Assembly (NCBI RefSeq): GCF_006345805.1
Contig: NC_043010.1
Coordinates: 27,342,001 to 27,406,000, forward strand
Source of the DNA: Octopus sinensis
Taxonomy: Eukaryota
Direction of reading: 5' to 3'
Length of the DNA stretch: 64,000 nt
Shown: positions 13,266 through 26,701 of the stretch, piece by piece
How the letters are laid out: each line of letters starts with the position of its first letter
Position numbering within the stretch: position 1 is the stretch's first letter
The notes under the pieces: generated by a model
Database searches by the model: none
What the model was told of the DNA's origin: nothing
Seen by the model: the letters and a program-made list of their open reading frames with translations, nothing else
Made by a program: the position numbers and the translations under genes

Positions 13266-14237
13266 ATTAGGAGCAATGTTTGGTTTTCAGCTCAAAAGCA
13301 ATAAAGGTGAATTCTTTTTTCTACTGGAATGGGTCATTTTGTTTTGACTAAATGGAGTGAGCGAGGGAAAAACTGAAGCATTTCGAAATGTAAACGGTAA
13401 CCCTGTGACGGACTAGCCTTCCGATTAGAGGGAAGGTTGGCCGGCTTCCCCGGCCAGCGGGGTGGCATCATTGGAAAGAGAAAACAATGGAAAGTACACG
13501 GTGACCAATGATGTATGGCAACAGCCGATAGTCTGGTCGATCAAGTGATCACGTGATATGCCTATAGAAGAGGAATTCATTGAATGATGAATTCCTATGT
13601 AAGTGTTTCAGTTTGTCGTTCGTATTTAATAACGCCAGCAGAAGATAAAAATCCCTCGAGTTTCTTTATTTAAGATTAATTACAGAAGGACGTTATGTTA
13701 TCACAAACTGACCACAACAATAAAAGTAATTACAAAAGCATTAATGATGATTACCGTGAAGGAAAAGAGCAACGGCACATTTAATTAGTGGAATTTTAAT
13801 GATGAGATCAATGTTAAAAGATTAAAAACAGGTTGTTGGACAATTAAGCACAAGCGTAGCTGTGTGGTAAGAAGCTTGCTGCCCGACCACATGGTTCTAA
13901 GTTCAGTCCCACTATGTGATGCCTTGGCCAAGTCTCTTCTACAACTGCCTCGGCCCGACCAAAGTTGTGAGTGGATTTGGTAGGCGGAAACTGAGGAAAA
14001 TACGTTGTATATATATGTATATATAGTTCGTTACGCAATGTGAGTAGTGTCTGATGATTGTGCTAGGACACCAGGCAAGTTAAAAAACATTATTTGGCAT
14101 TCTCACGGCGCATGAAACTAGTAGTAGTATATAAATACATATATTGTGTTTATTAAGAAATATATATCTCTCACAAGATGGACTACTTCTTTGTTTATCT
14201 TACCATCACGGAACAGTACGCTATATATATATATATA

Positions 14238-14785
14238 TGCTTGCATTCGAGTTTGTGCAGCCATTTTTCCTAATAGTTTTTATTAAACAATGATTCTGTC
14301 TTCACCGAAAGAAGACCTTTTTACTTATTTGAATTCAAAGTTCCAGGAGGAGTCTTTTTCTTGTTTCGGTCATTAGACTGTGATCATGCTGGGGCACCGC
14401 CTTAAAGAAATTTTAATCGAATGAATCGATTCTACTGTGAGTATGTGTGTGTGTATGTGTGCGTGTGTGTGTTTCTCCTACACATCACAACTTGACAACC
14501 GGTATTGGTGTGTTCACACTCCCGTAGCTTAGCGGTTCGACAAAAGATACCCGATAAAATAAGTACTAAGCTTAAAAAATTTAAGTAGTAGAATCGATTC
14601 ATTCGATTAAAATTTCTTTAAGGCGGTGCCCCAGCATGATCACAGTCTAATGACCGAAACAAGAAAAAGACTCCTCCTGGAACTTTGAATTCAAATAAGT
14701 AAAAAGGTCTTCTTTCGGTGAAGACAGAATCATTGTTTAATAAAAACTATTAGGAAAAATGGCTGCACAAACTCGAATGCAAGCA
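14238..14785. repeat. ~199-bp inverted duplication (14238-14436 / 14587-14785)
   Basis: Arms appear to be exact reverse complements and include a SINE tail plus flanking sequence. Confidence 0.9.
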
Positions 14786-15061
14786 TTCGCTCCCACGAGG
14801 TTAAAATGGTAAAGAACTCCGAACAGTAAATGTTGCAATGTTACATTGAGAAATGCAAATAAATCCGTGTTGATGCATCGCAAAAATATTCTGTGAAATA
14901 TAAGAAATGCTTTGTAAGTAGCTTGCTTACCAACCACATGGTTCTGGGTTCAGTCCCACTGTGTGGCACCTTGAGCAAGTGCCGTCTACTCTAGCCTCAG
15001 GCCGACCAAAGTCTTGTGAGTGGATTTGGTAGACGGAAACTGAAAGAAGCCTGTCGTATAT

Positions 15062-15104
<43 letters not shown>

Positions 15105-15173
15105 TATATATACATACATATATATACATATATATATGTATATATATATGTATATATATAGTATGTATATATG

Positions 15174-15222
<49 letters not shown>

Positions 15223-15589
15223 ATATATAATATAAAAATACAAAATGGGACAAGAACGCAAAACATCCAGAAAGTTAGGTGATATAAAAAAGGGACAACG
15301 AAACATCCAGATAGACGATACAAAGAAGACTAGGACAGGTCATTCGGAGTTTTCTTTCCTCAGTCGAGTTCCAGATTATCTTTGCAATTTGGGTTGGTTA
15401 TACTCGAGATTCCTCAGGCGCAAGCATGGCTGTGTGGCAAGTAGCTTGCTTCCCAACCACATGGTCCTGTGTTCAGTCCCACTCAGTGGCACCTTGAGCA
15501 AGTGTCTTCTACTATAGCCTTGGACCGACCTTGTGTGTGGATTTGGTAGACGGAAACCGAAAGATGCCCATCGTATATATATATATATT

Positions 15590-18500
15590 ATGGCTGCCCC
15601 CTCGTTATCGAGTATGGCCATTGCTCGAAGCTTAACTGTTACTGGTGCTGTGATCGAATGTGACTTTTTAGCCCAGCTAAAGATCTACAATGTCTTGTAC
15701 AGAATTGGCAACTAAAACCTTTACTGGTAATAGCCGGCTGTAGTTGTAACTGGGCTTCATGTACCTTTGCATGTCGTTTAAGTCCTCCTGCCGAATTACA
15801 CTCTCTTCCACATGCCCGACAGTGACAACCACCACCAGTGGCCAGGTTGTCACTCATCTGTCTCGTTTTATGACTACGAAGATGACTCTTGAGTCCAGCT
15901 TTACTGAAGCAGGGTCTTGCACAGACATTGCATGTCAGCATCAAAGGAAGACCCTTCTCTTCTGGAAGTGTAACAGCGATGCCCTTCCTGACATCCCTCC
16001 TTACTTTCTCATGTGCAACTCGAGATTTCTCAAAAGTGACTGTCCCGTCATGCACAATCCTTCTCCACCTGCTACGATCCCATGTGTCAGGAGAGATACA
16101 AGCATCTCTTAAGGAAGCCTTCGGCAAGTCGTTATATTTCTTTTTTGGTTTATGTGGAGGTCGTTCTCCTTTAGCTAACTCTCCATAAAAGAGTTGTTTT
16201 GGCATCCTTGAATCCTTCTGACCAGATGACCACTCCGTCTGAGCCTTTGCTTTAACATAAGAGCTTCAATACTTTCACACCGAGAGCCTTCCAATATTTC
16301 AAGATCACTGATGCAGTCCTTCCACTTAATGCCATAGATCCGTCTGAGACACATCTGATGGAAACGTTCCAGTTGTTTAAGGTGGTATTGATATGTGACC
16401 CACGTCTCGCAGGCATAGAGAAGAGAAGGGAGCACACATGTCTTGTACACCTTTATCTTTGTCTTTCTTCATATGTCTCGCCAACTCCAGAGGCGCTTTT
16501 CTAGCCTTCCGAAAGCAACACTTGCTTTCCTAATTCTATATGGAATTTCATCATCCAAATTGCTATATCTATTAATAGTGCTTCCCAGGTAGACAAACTG
16601 ATCGACTACATCAAGTCGTTTACCATACACATAGATATTTGGTACACTATACTGCTTACAGGGGGCAGGTTGATGCATGACAACAGTTTTCTTGAGATTG
16701 ACTGTCAATCCTAAGGCAGTGCAAGCATCAGAGAATGCATTCAAAATGTGTTGCATATCAATCTCTGCGTGTGCTACTAGCTCACAGTCATCTGCATACA
16801 AAAGGTCTCTTATGATAGAGGTAAATATCTTTGTTTTTGCAGCAAGGCTCCTGATATTAAATATGCTGCCAGAGGTTCGATAATGGACGTAAACACCGTA
16901 TCTGCAGTTTCTGAATGCAATACAGAACACCATCGCAAAATATATGGAAAATAGGGTCGGTGCCAGAATATCCCCCTGTTTCACTCCATTTTGTATTGAA
17001 ATGGGCTCCGACATTTTCCCTCTAACATTCACCCTACCATTCATGTCTTCATGAAAAGACCCAACCAAAGCAAGGAACTTTTCAGGACACCCAAGTTTCT
17101 GGAGGACTTTCCACAATGCTTTTCTATTGACGGTATCAAAGGCTTTTGTCAGATCGACAAAAACCTGATGCAAATCCAGACCCTGTTCCACACACTTCTC
17201 CTGAAGCTGTCTAGCTGAAAAGATCATATCAGCAGTGCCACGTCCCACACGAAAGCCAGATTGACTTTCTGGAAGAACACAATCCAGAAGTATTCTGCAT
17301 AAAACCTTTGCTTTAACACAAGAGCTTTCCTACGGCAGACAGCAAAGATACTCCCCTATAATTACCACAATCATTCCTGTTGCCCTTTCCCTTATACAGG
17401 ACCACCATTACTGCATATCTCCAGTCCTCAGGTACAGATTCACTAGTCCATATCTTACCAAAAAAAGAGTGAAGTTTCTGCAGAAGTTTCTCACCACCAT
17501 GCTGTAACAACTCCGCATGTATGCCATCCATACCCAGAGACTTCCCATTATTCAACCTTGAGACAGCCATTGCAACTTCTTCCAACTTTGGTGGTTCTGC
17601 GAGTGCTGCCTTCACAGGCAATCCAAGGATGAGATTGAGAACATCCTCACTAACTACAGACTGCTGATTGAAAAGTTCATCAAAGTGTTCTTGCCACCTT
17701 CGCAGAATTCCTTGTGAATCACGAAGAAGTTCTTTACCATCCCTGCTTCGGAGTGGTGTCATCAGGGAAGACGTCGTTCGCAGAATTCCTTGTGAATCAC
17801 GAAGAAGTTCTTTACCATCCCTGCTTCGGAGTGGTGTCATCAGGGAAGACGTCGGTCCATAAACTTCTCGCAAGAGACCATACAACAGCTTTGTGTTATT
17901 GGAATCTGATGCCGTCTGTATCTCATCAGCCTTCTTACTCCACCACGTATCCCTCATCTCTGAGAGCCTTTGCCTCACACGTGATTTTATGTCCTTGAGT
18001 TCCCTATGCAATACTTCCCTTTCCTGTGGCTTTGCTGACAAATAGCGTGACGAAGTACATCTTTTATCAGCCAATAAATCATCTATATGTTCATCATTTT
18101 CTTTAAATCAATATTGATGCTTTCTTTGTATTAATCCCAGAAATTTCTTGCCTATATCATAAACTGACTTTTTAAGGGTCGGCCAATCCTCCCCAATATC
18201 TGCAGCATTCATTTCCTCTCGTAAAGTTCTCTTCACACTATTATACCTAAGACGATCAACAGTAAGTCTTTTAGGTAGGGTAATCCCTGCAGCTCGGATT
18301 TTATGTTTTGTGACTAATTTCACTTTTGCGAGTACTAGGCGATGGTCAGTCCAACACTCAGCTCCACGAAGAACAGGAACACACTGCACATCCTGTCTGT
18401 CACGCACCCTAACTAGGATGTAATCCAGAATATGCCATTCTTTAGATGCAGGGTGCATCCATGTAGTCTTAAACTTATTCTTTTGTTGAAACATGGTATT

Positions 18501-19832
18501 GGTAACACACAGACGCAGCTCCTCACACATCTGTAGCAAAAGCATGCCATTACTATTACACTTCCCCACTCCATGCTTTCCAATTACAGTCCATGTGTTA
18601 AAATCCCCACCCACTCTAGCATTAAAGTCACCCAGTACGATGACTTTGTCTGCCCGAAGGATATTTCTTATAATGCCCTTCAAAGCATGGTAGAAAGAAA
18701 GTTTTTCGTCATCAGTATAGCACATAGTTGGAGCATACACACTCACCAAGGTCATATAATTTCCTTTAGCCAAAGGAATTCTCATGGACATAAGACGCTC
18801 GTTAATTCCGATTGGGAATCCTTCAACAGCAAATGCCACTCCAGCTTCTCCTCTAAACTCTTCATTCCTCCCTTTCCAAAAGAATGTATATTTTCCACAA
18901 GATTTTGTAAGATGACTATCTCCAGGTAATCTCGTCTCAGATAAAGGAACGATGTCAGGATCATAGCGTTGAAGCTCCTTCGCAACAAGCGCAGTCCTTC
19001 TTTCAGGACATTCAGAGGTCTTGCGGTCACGCAGTGTCCGTACATTCCAACAGCCAATATTCAATATTTTCTTTGGTTCTATCACAGTAGCATGATGATG
19101 GCCGGGTTCAGACTGTGATGCTCTGGAGCCCCTGTCGGGCCAGACTCTTTCAGCTGATGTGGTTCCAGAGTCCTTACTGCCATTTATTTTTATACTGTTT
19201 TGATACATCATTGATTTTTTGCTTTTTAAGGCTACAGCCAGCCATTCAGTTGAGACTCACAGTGCCATCAACAATCAGGAATTAGTTAATCAATTTAATC
19301 AATCAATCACTGTTGTTATCGTGCAATGCCTGTGCAAGAAGATTTTTTTTTTAAAGTGAGGAAAGGCTGTGCACTGAGTCAATCCCACTCACTAAGCAAC
19401 AGCAGCCATACTCCGAAAAGAAGAACAAGTCAACATCATCGGTAACCACTGAGCCGCAGGTTTTATGTCGGAGTTATCCCAGTTACCTGAGTTACCTTCT
19501 CCTAGAAGGATGCCCTAACAAAGGCTAGGAGTCCTTCACTCCCAATGGTTTAACTGCGCGATCGGGTAGTCAGTCCGATTATTTCTATGTCCCCGCGCAT
19601 GATACAGCCTTAAGCCTTACGAAAAAAAAAAACTACACGTTTATTGGATGGCCGTTGACTCTCAAGAGTTCCTCCGCCCTTTGACGGATTTTGTTTTTCA
19701 TCCCGCAGGGTTTCCAATAAACACCCTCCTCACCAAGCAAGCTTGGTGGGGTTGCCGGTTTAGTCGCCGACGACCCGACCATGCAACAGGTTGTACTGGG
19801 TTACATGTTACCAGTAGCCCTCGAAAGTGACT

Positions 19833-19836
<4 letters not shown>
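15590..19836 (-). mobile_element. near full-length RTE-clade LINE, disrupted ORF (APE-RT-zinc fingers)
   Basis: APE 18108-19211 (IGCWNVRTL, LGDFNARVG, LDYIL, TDHRLV). RT 16469-18074 (NYRGVSLL, FVDLTKAFD, GVKQGDILAP, LYADD). C-terminus 15639-16450 (MPKQLFYGEL, C2H2 fingers). ~600-bp 5' UTR. (TA)n on both flanks. Confidence 0.95.
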
Positions 19837-19869
<33 letters not shown>

Positions 19870-20038
19870 TAATTGTTATCGCCATATTAATATGGCAGTC
19901 TTATAGATATAAGACTAAAAGCTGTCGCTGATTAGCTCCATGAGGCCATCGCCTTAAGATAGCTATTTGACACACAAACTGTGTCCATTATAACCTTCGA
20001 ACAAGGGAGGTCAGCCGCTTCACATTGCCAGTCAGACA

Positions 20039-20081
20039 GCTACAGACGCATTTCAGGGTATTTGCCCTTTGTCAATGTAGC
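20039..20081 (-). ncRNA. minimal hammerhead ribozyme motif, U3-A8 variant
   Basis: GCUACA-UUGACAA-AGGG-caaaua-CCCU-GAAA-UGCG-UC-UGUAGC, with a perfect 6-bp stem I. Confidence 0.7.
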
Positions 20082-20380
20082 GTAGTCGACCCAGCAGGTG
20101 TCGCCACCGATCGTCTCTGTTCGAAGGTTTTATTTACCTAGTTTCGGTGGAATACATCCAGTTGTTTTCAATAATAGAAATATTAAAATTACTAAGTCTC
20201 TCTAAAAGAGATTACGGCAGCGTTACTGGAAATTAATTGTTATCGCCATATTAATATGGCAGTCTTATAGATATAAGACTAAAAGCTGTCGCTGATTAGC
20301 TCCATGAGGCCATCGCCTTAAGATAGCTATTTGACACACAAACAGAGACGATCAGTGGCGACACCTGCTGGGTTGACTAC

Positions 20381-20423
20381 GCTACATTGACAAAGGGCAA
20401 ATACCCTGAAACGCGTCTGTAAC
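20381..20423 (+). ncRNA. minimal hammerhead ribozyme motif, U3-A8 variant
   Basis: GCUACA-UUGACAA-AGGG-caaaua-CCCU-GAAA-CGCG-UC-UGUAAC, with palindromic ACGCGU and a GUC cleavage triplet. Confidence 0.75.
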
Positions 20424-20644
20424 TGTCTGACTGGCAGTGTGAAGCGGCTGACGTCCCTTGTTCGAAGGTTATAATGGACAGTTTTGTGTGTCAAATAGCT
20501 ATCTTAAGGTGATGGCCTCATGGAGCTAATCAGCGACAGCTTTTAGTCTTATATCTATAAGACTGCCATATTATATGGCGATAAAATTAATTCCAGTAAC
20601 GCTGCCGTAATCTCTTTTAGAGAGACTTAGTAATTTAATATTTC

Positions 20645-20699
<55 letters not shown>

Positions 20700-21272
20700 C
20701 ATACATACATACGCACACACGCACACACACACACACAATATATATATGTGTGCGTGTGTGTGCGCGCGCGCGTGCGTGTGTATGTTAGTGTTTTGTGTTT
20801 GTCCCTCACTATCGCTTGATGACCGATGTTCGGCAAAAGAGCCCAATAGGATAAGTACTAGACATACAAAGAATAAGTCCTGGAGTCGCTTTGCTCTACT
20901 AAAGGCGATGTTCCAGCATGGCCGCAGTCAGATGACTGAAACAAATAAAAGATAAAAGAAAAAATAGAATATTGTCTACGTCTAACGTTCCACTGGCCTC
21001 TCTATGTGTATCGCTCCAGATAATGACCTGACTGGAGATGATGGTTTTAGTGTGTCTCTTAGTGGATCGTTTTATTCAAATAAGCGAACACAGAATTATT
21101 ACTGAATTAAAACTATTAGACCCAAAGCTAGAATATCGGGCGTCCGCAACCACCGGACCACGTAACATTTTGTACCAAATCTCAAGCAAAGAATAAATGT
21201 TTATACTTTACTTTTATCTTATTGACAATCGCAGTCTGTAGGATGTTGTTTTTGCATTATATGTACACAACA

Positions 21273-21670
21273 AGGTGGTGAGCTGGCAGAAACGTTAGCA
21301 CGCCGGGCGAAATGCTTAGCGGAATTACGTGTGTCTTTATGTTCTGAATTCAAATTCCGCCGAGGTCGACTTTGCCTTTCATCCTTTCGGGGTCGATTAA
21401 ATAAGTACCAGTTACGCACTGGGGTTGATATAATCGACTTAATCCGTTTGTCTGTCCTTGTTTGTCCCCTCTGTGTTTAGCCCCTTGTGGGTAGTAAAGA
21501 AATAGGTATTCGTCTGCCGCTCCGTTCTGAGTTCAAATTCTATCGAGGTCAACTTTACCTTTCATCCTTTCTGGATCGAAAATTAAGAACCAGTTACGTA
21601 CTGGGGTCGATCTGATCGACTGGTTCCCTCCCCCAAAATTTCGGGCCTTGTGCCTAGAGTAGAAAAGATT
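21273..21670 (+). mobile_element. family C SINE, compound form with repeated 3' portion
   Basis: Head GGTGGTGAGCTGGCAGAAACGTTAGC, and the body occurs twice. The same compound structure is at 42227-42630. More copies at 30420-30825, 41905-42080, 42630-42900 and 43230-43520. Confidence 0.85.
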
Positions 21671-22953
21671 ATATATATATTACACCTATAGTAATAATAG
21701 CGAAATTCTGTCTGTTCGTTTGGGACCCCTGTATCTCAGTCTACATTTGTTCTACATCGACATATTATGCCTTTTTGGATTCAGGATGATCCCGGGATTG
21801 AAAATCTGCCCTTCATTCATATCTTTGAACATCCAGTAATAGGATGTGATTTCGGTTGCTATTTCTAGCAGGTAAAAGTTTGGCTGATTCATGCCATCTT
21901 TGTTGGCGTTTGTCAGATGACGTCAGAGATAAAGGGAAGATAAATGACATTTGCTTCGTGAATTTTACGTCGAGATAAGAACTTTGGGACAAATTGATCA
22001 ACAGCTGGAATTCAAATTGGGACTGGAACAACAGAATGATTGCATTACAGAATTAATTCTCATCTGTTCCTAAACCTCTGATCAAACACCACCAGGGCGT
22101 ATAGTCATCCGCCCTCCAGTTAGCTCCCCGCAGGAGCTAGCTGTAAGATCCGCTCGGAGTGAGATTTTAAAGCTAATATGTAATATATATGTACTTATAT
22201 GTAATAATAAAATTATATTTTTTATGCATTTTATTGTTTTGCGTTGTGCATGACGCCCCAATCTGTGGGGGAAATTGTCTCACTCGAAACTGATCGTGGA
22301 ACAAAAAAGATTGGGGGTGGCCTTTGTAGTGTATTACCTCTGCACACCTACGTCCTTCATTCTGTTGGATGTTTGTTATCCATCCGTAGGGTAGAAGAGC
22401 AGTCTAAACGATGTTGATGGTCAACTGAGAAGCTATTGTTTAACGACAAACAATTTACTCCACAGTAAAGCATTCATAAACACTTCCACAAGTTAGAAGA
22501 CCTAAAACATCAACTTCATAATTCAAAATATTCATTATTGTAGGGCAGGTGTTGCTGTGTGGTAAGAAGTTAGCTTCTCAACCACATGATCCCAAGTTCA
22601 GTCCCACTGCATGGCACCTTGGACAAATGTCTTTTTCTTTAGCCCCGAGCTATAGCAGAAGCTTTGTGAGTGGATTTGGTAGACGGAAACTGAAAGAAGC
22701 CTGTCGTATGTATATATTCAAACATGTATATATATATATATATATATAATATATATATATATATATTATATATATATATATATTAAAATTACAATGAAAG
22801 TAAACAAACAAACGAAGTTTGCTTTAGAGGCGTTGAGATGTCTCAGAAAGTTAAAGAAGTGATTTTGTTAAATTCTTAAACGCAGGATAATGGTAATAAT
22901 ATAGCTTGAACCGGATAAGCTACCCCTATTTTGCAGCAGAAAAAGTGTTGGCG

Positions 22954-23024
22954 GCCAGCTATGAGACTCGAACTCACACCTCCGTGATTACGTGTCGCGG
23001 TGCTCTGAGCCATTAAGCTAAACT
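22954..23024 (-). pseudogene. 5'-truncated tRNA-like sequence (Thr-CGT-like)
   Basis: D-arm GCTT/GAGC, anticodon loop CA-CGT-AA, T-arm GTGAG-TTCGAGT-CTCAT, 3' acceptor AGCTGGC, TTTTT shortly downstream. The first ~3 nt are replaced by (TA)n. Confidence 0.6.
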
Positions 23025-23072
23025 ATATATATATATATATGTATTTTATATTTTCTTTTCGTAACATATTTC

Positions 23073-23119
<47 letters not shown>

Positions 23120-23274
23120 ATATATGCCAAGAATTCATAACGACCCCGAACCCACAAGAGTAAACAAGAGTGACAGAGACAAGCAGAATACTATATAGTA
23201 TTTGGATACTATGCAAATATTCTTTTAAAAAACTTTTCATTTAATATTTTCAAAATTTAATTGTTTTCCATACT

Positions 23275-23315
23275 TAGAGTTGAAAAAGTCTCAATGACTA
23301 AAACCAGTACTAAAA
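23275..23315 (+). ncRNA. degenerate hammerhead motif (U3-A8) in PLE pLTR fragment ~23125-23370
   Basis: AG-UUGAAAA-AGUC-ucaau-GACU-aAAA-CCAG-UA-CU. Homologous to 45465-45565 (-). Confidence 0.5.
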
Positions 23316-23407
23316 TGTTTTTTATGATAAAATTATTTTAGCATTTTCTACCTTGACTTTTTTCCTTATATGAATATATATATATAATATATATATATAT
23401 ATATGTG

Positions 23408-23441
<34 letters not shown>

Positions 23442-24273
23442 ACCCAGCTACCCCTTGACAACTAGTTTCGATTATTCTCCGTTTCCATAAACTAGAGGTT
23501 GGACATGAGAGATCGATACAATAAAATGTATTCGACTCAGACCTTTCGAGGCGGTACCCGTAGCACAGCTACAGTCCAATGACTCGAACAAATAATAAAA
23601 ATGAAAATAATCTGTAATCCAATTTGTTGACGAAATATTCTTACTACATTAGCACATATGTTTTCACAGAATATTCTCTCTGATGAATTGTGTCCAAATA
23701 CCAATTCTTTAAATAGTAACTGCCAAACATAGATTATTTACAAATTAATCCATCACAAGAATGATAATGGAATGCGTTGTGTAGGAGTTTGAAAAGCAAT
23801 TAATCAAAGAATTTTGCTCGAAGCAAAATTGGAAAGAGAAGGAATAGAAAACAAAGCATAAAGATAATTCGTTTACTCTTTGAGAAGGAGTTGAAGAGGA
23901 GGAGGAGAAGCTAATTACTAGGTTCTTACGTATAAAGGTAAATAAAAGGGCGCTATTTTTCTTATTAAAATCCATATTTTTATAATTCGGGTTATCTTTT
24001 TTTTGCTTTTTTATTAAAAAAAAGTTTTTTTTCTCTTTTGAGTTTGGGGCCTTTTTTGCGATATCCTTAAAGCCAGGAACTCATCATCTCCACCATTTCT
24101 ATACATACATACATACGTACGTACATATTTTACATTAATCTCATGGCTTGCTGTATATTTTTGTAGAATACAAATATATTATTCTGAAACAAGAAATGTT
24201 TGATAGTGACTTCGAAGTTTCGGACAATCAAGGCATGGTAAAACTGCATATATATATATATATATATAATATA

Positions 24274-24306
<33 letters not shown>

Positions 24307-24790
24307 TAGTTTCCGTCTGCTAAATCCACTCACAAGGTTACAGTAAAAGACACCTGACAAAGGTACCGCCGCCCAGTGATATTGAACTGAAGACTTCTTG
24401 GTTGGGAAGCTATATTCTTAACTATACACCCACACAACCACACCTCCTCTCCTCTTACTGCAGTTAACTTTAAAAAGTGTTTGTTTTGACTGAGAACAAG
24501 ATAAATCTATTTATTGATAGAGGCGTGGGATTAGGTCGGGGGTGGGGAAATAAACGATATTGGTTTTGGAAAATATAAATAAATAAAGCAGTTTGTGAAG
24601 TCGTTTAAGAGAAATTATGACAAAACATATAAATGAATATAAAATGTGTATGCTTGTGTAAATATATCCTCTACTTGACGTAATGGGTACTCCTGCTTTC
24701 ATTTGTTACAATCGTTACTTCTCTCTCACTCTCTTCTTGTCTCTCTCCTTCCCGTTTCTCCTCTCCTTATATATGTATGTACATGTGTGC

Positions 24791-24829
<39 letters not shown>

Positions 24830-25828
24830 TACATATATATAAAGTCAGTTGGGTGGGAAGTTGGGGTATCTCTAGAGAAGCGCTCAACCCGAATACTGGG
24901 CTATTAACATTGTCGGGATCCAAGCCATGGCCGGAATATTTCTGGTTGACGGAATAATATTCCAACGAAAAGATTATACCGTCATGTGGTATAATAATCC
25001 AACGAAAAGAAGACAAAGACAATTCCTTAACACATCTTTAGTTATCAGTTACACAAGTTTTCGTACCACCTCCATTTGCAACGTCAGTTTACGCGAAAAT
25101 TCTAAAAGAAAAATTACGTAATAATTGCGGGTTTAGGCATTGGAGAGGCACTTCCTCGGACCTGCATCAAAGCCGTGCTATTACACTGTGCGTCTATCGG
25201 ACCTTGTTTTTAGGAAAGTATCGGGAGGAAATAAGAAGAGGAAAAGAAATTAAAAGTGTGTATGCGTGATGGATCTGTGGGGAAGAAATTATGTACGAAA
25301 ACTGGTGGTCGTTCGGCAAAATACCATACCCTACCGCGACTTAATCTAAGATTTATACATACACCCTCTCTCGGAGGTTTAGACACAGCAGATATAACAT
25401 GAGTTTTTACCTGTATGTTTTTCAATTTTCATTTCTCTCTTGATCCTTGACATTTCTATTTTATTTTATTTTTTCCTCATGTCCACATATATTTCTCCGA
25501 TTCGTTGTTTTTTATTACGGATCGGAGTCCACTATATATGAAACCACTATCCCATCTTAATCAGGACTAAAGTACACTTCAAGTCATATACACCTCAAAT
25601 ATGGAGGCTTACAGACCTGCTGCAGAAATAGCTTATCTTCAATTTTTATTTCCGCTGCTTCGTGACCCTTATCTTTAACTATTTAAAAAAATTTTTTTCT
25701 ATATGCCTTTTTTTTCATACTCTACATCAAAGGTTCTCAACCCATTTTGACCAAAGCCCCCTCCCTGAAAGGCTGCAAGGCACGTAATATAAATATTTTG
25801 GTGCGTGACTTTTGACCCACTCTCTGTA

Positions 25829-25876
<48 letters not shown>

Positions 25877-26608
25877 TATACACACATACTTATGAAATAT
25901 ATTATCGTAGATATTTGATGCTTTGATGTTTTATGCATCATCTTTACTATATGGATTTGTGTGTGTACGTATGTGTGTGCTGTTTCTCTCCTCCGACTCA
26001 TCAGGTAGCTCTTTGATCGTTGTTGTAAGGAGCATTAGCTCGTCGATGCGTGTGTGTTTGTGTACGGACACACATATACGTACGTACATATTTCTATCTA
26101 TTTCTATTTTTAGAGATACAGAGATACAGAGAGAGAGAGGGGGTGGAGAGAGAAAGAGAGAGAGAGACTTAATTAAAATTAGGATTAGAATTAAGAACTA
26201 AAGGAATACACTAGCTAAAAATGTTTGTTTGAGGATTAACTCATGATTCGCCATTATGTAAAGGCTTGTCTCTGAATTTAGCCTTCATCGGTGGGACTTC
26301 ACGAGATTTTCTTTATTACACGCTCAAACACACACACGCATACATGTTCTCTCTTTTTCCCTTTCTCCCCCCCTCTCTCTCCAGTATATACAATCATCGC
26401 ATAAGTGTATGTCTGTGTATGGATATACATATATATATATATGCATGTATATATGCATGTATGTATGTATGTATGTATGTATGTATGTATGTATGTATGT
26501 ATGTATGAATGCATGTATGTATATGTGTGTGTTTGTGTGTGTAAGCATACGCATATACATACATAACTATATATGTGTGTATCTGTATGTATGTATGTAG
26601 TAGGTAGG

Positions 26609-26701
<93 letters not shown>

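Larger units (their letters stand above)
19867..20649. mobile_element. PLE-type pLTR cluster: direct plus inverted partial copies in (TA)n
   Basis: 19867-19978 is directly repeated at ~20231-20343. 20341-20649 is the reverse complement of the upstream segments. Two hammerhead motifs. Confidence 0.8.

Noticed and set aside
15639-16205. Host C2H2 zinc-finger gene
   Set aside because: It is contiguous with RTE C-terminal motifs and the LINE 3' end, so it is part of the retrotransposon.
19740-19836. HDV-like ribozyme at the RTE 5' end
   Set aside because: GGTAACATG...CTAAACCGG resembles a P4/J4-2 half, but I could not identify P1, P2 5' strand, P3 or L3.
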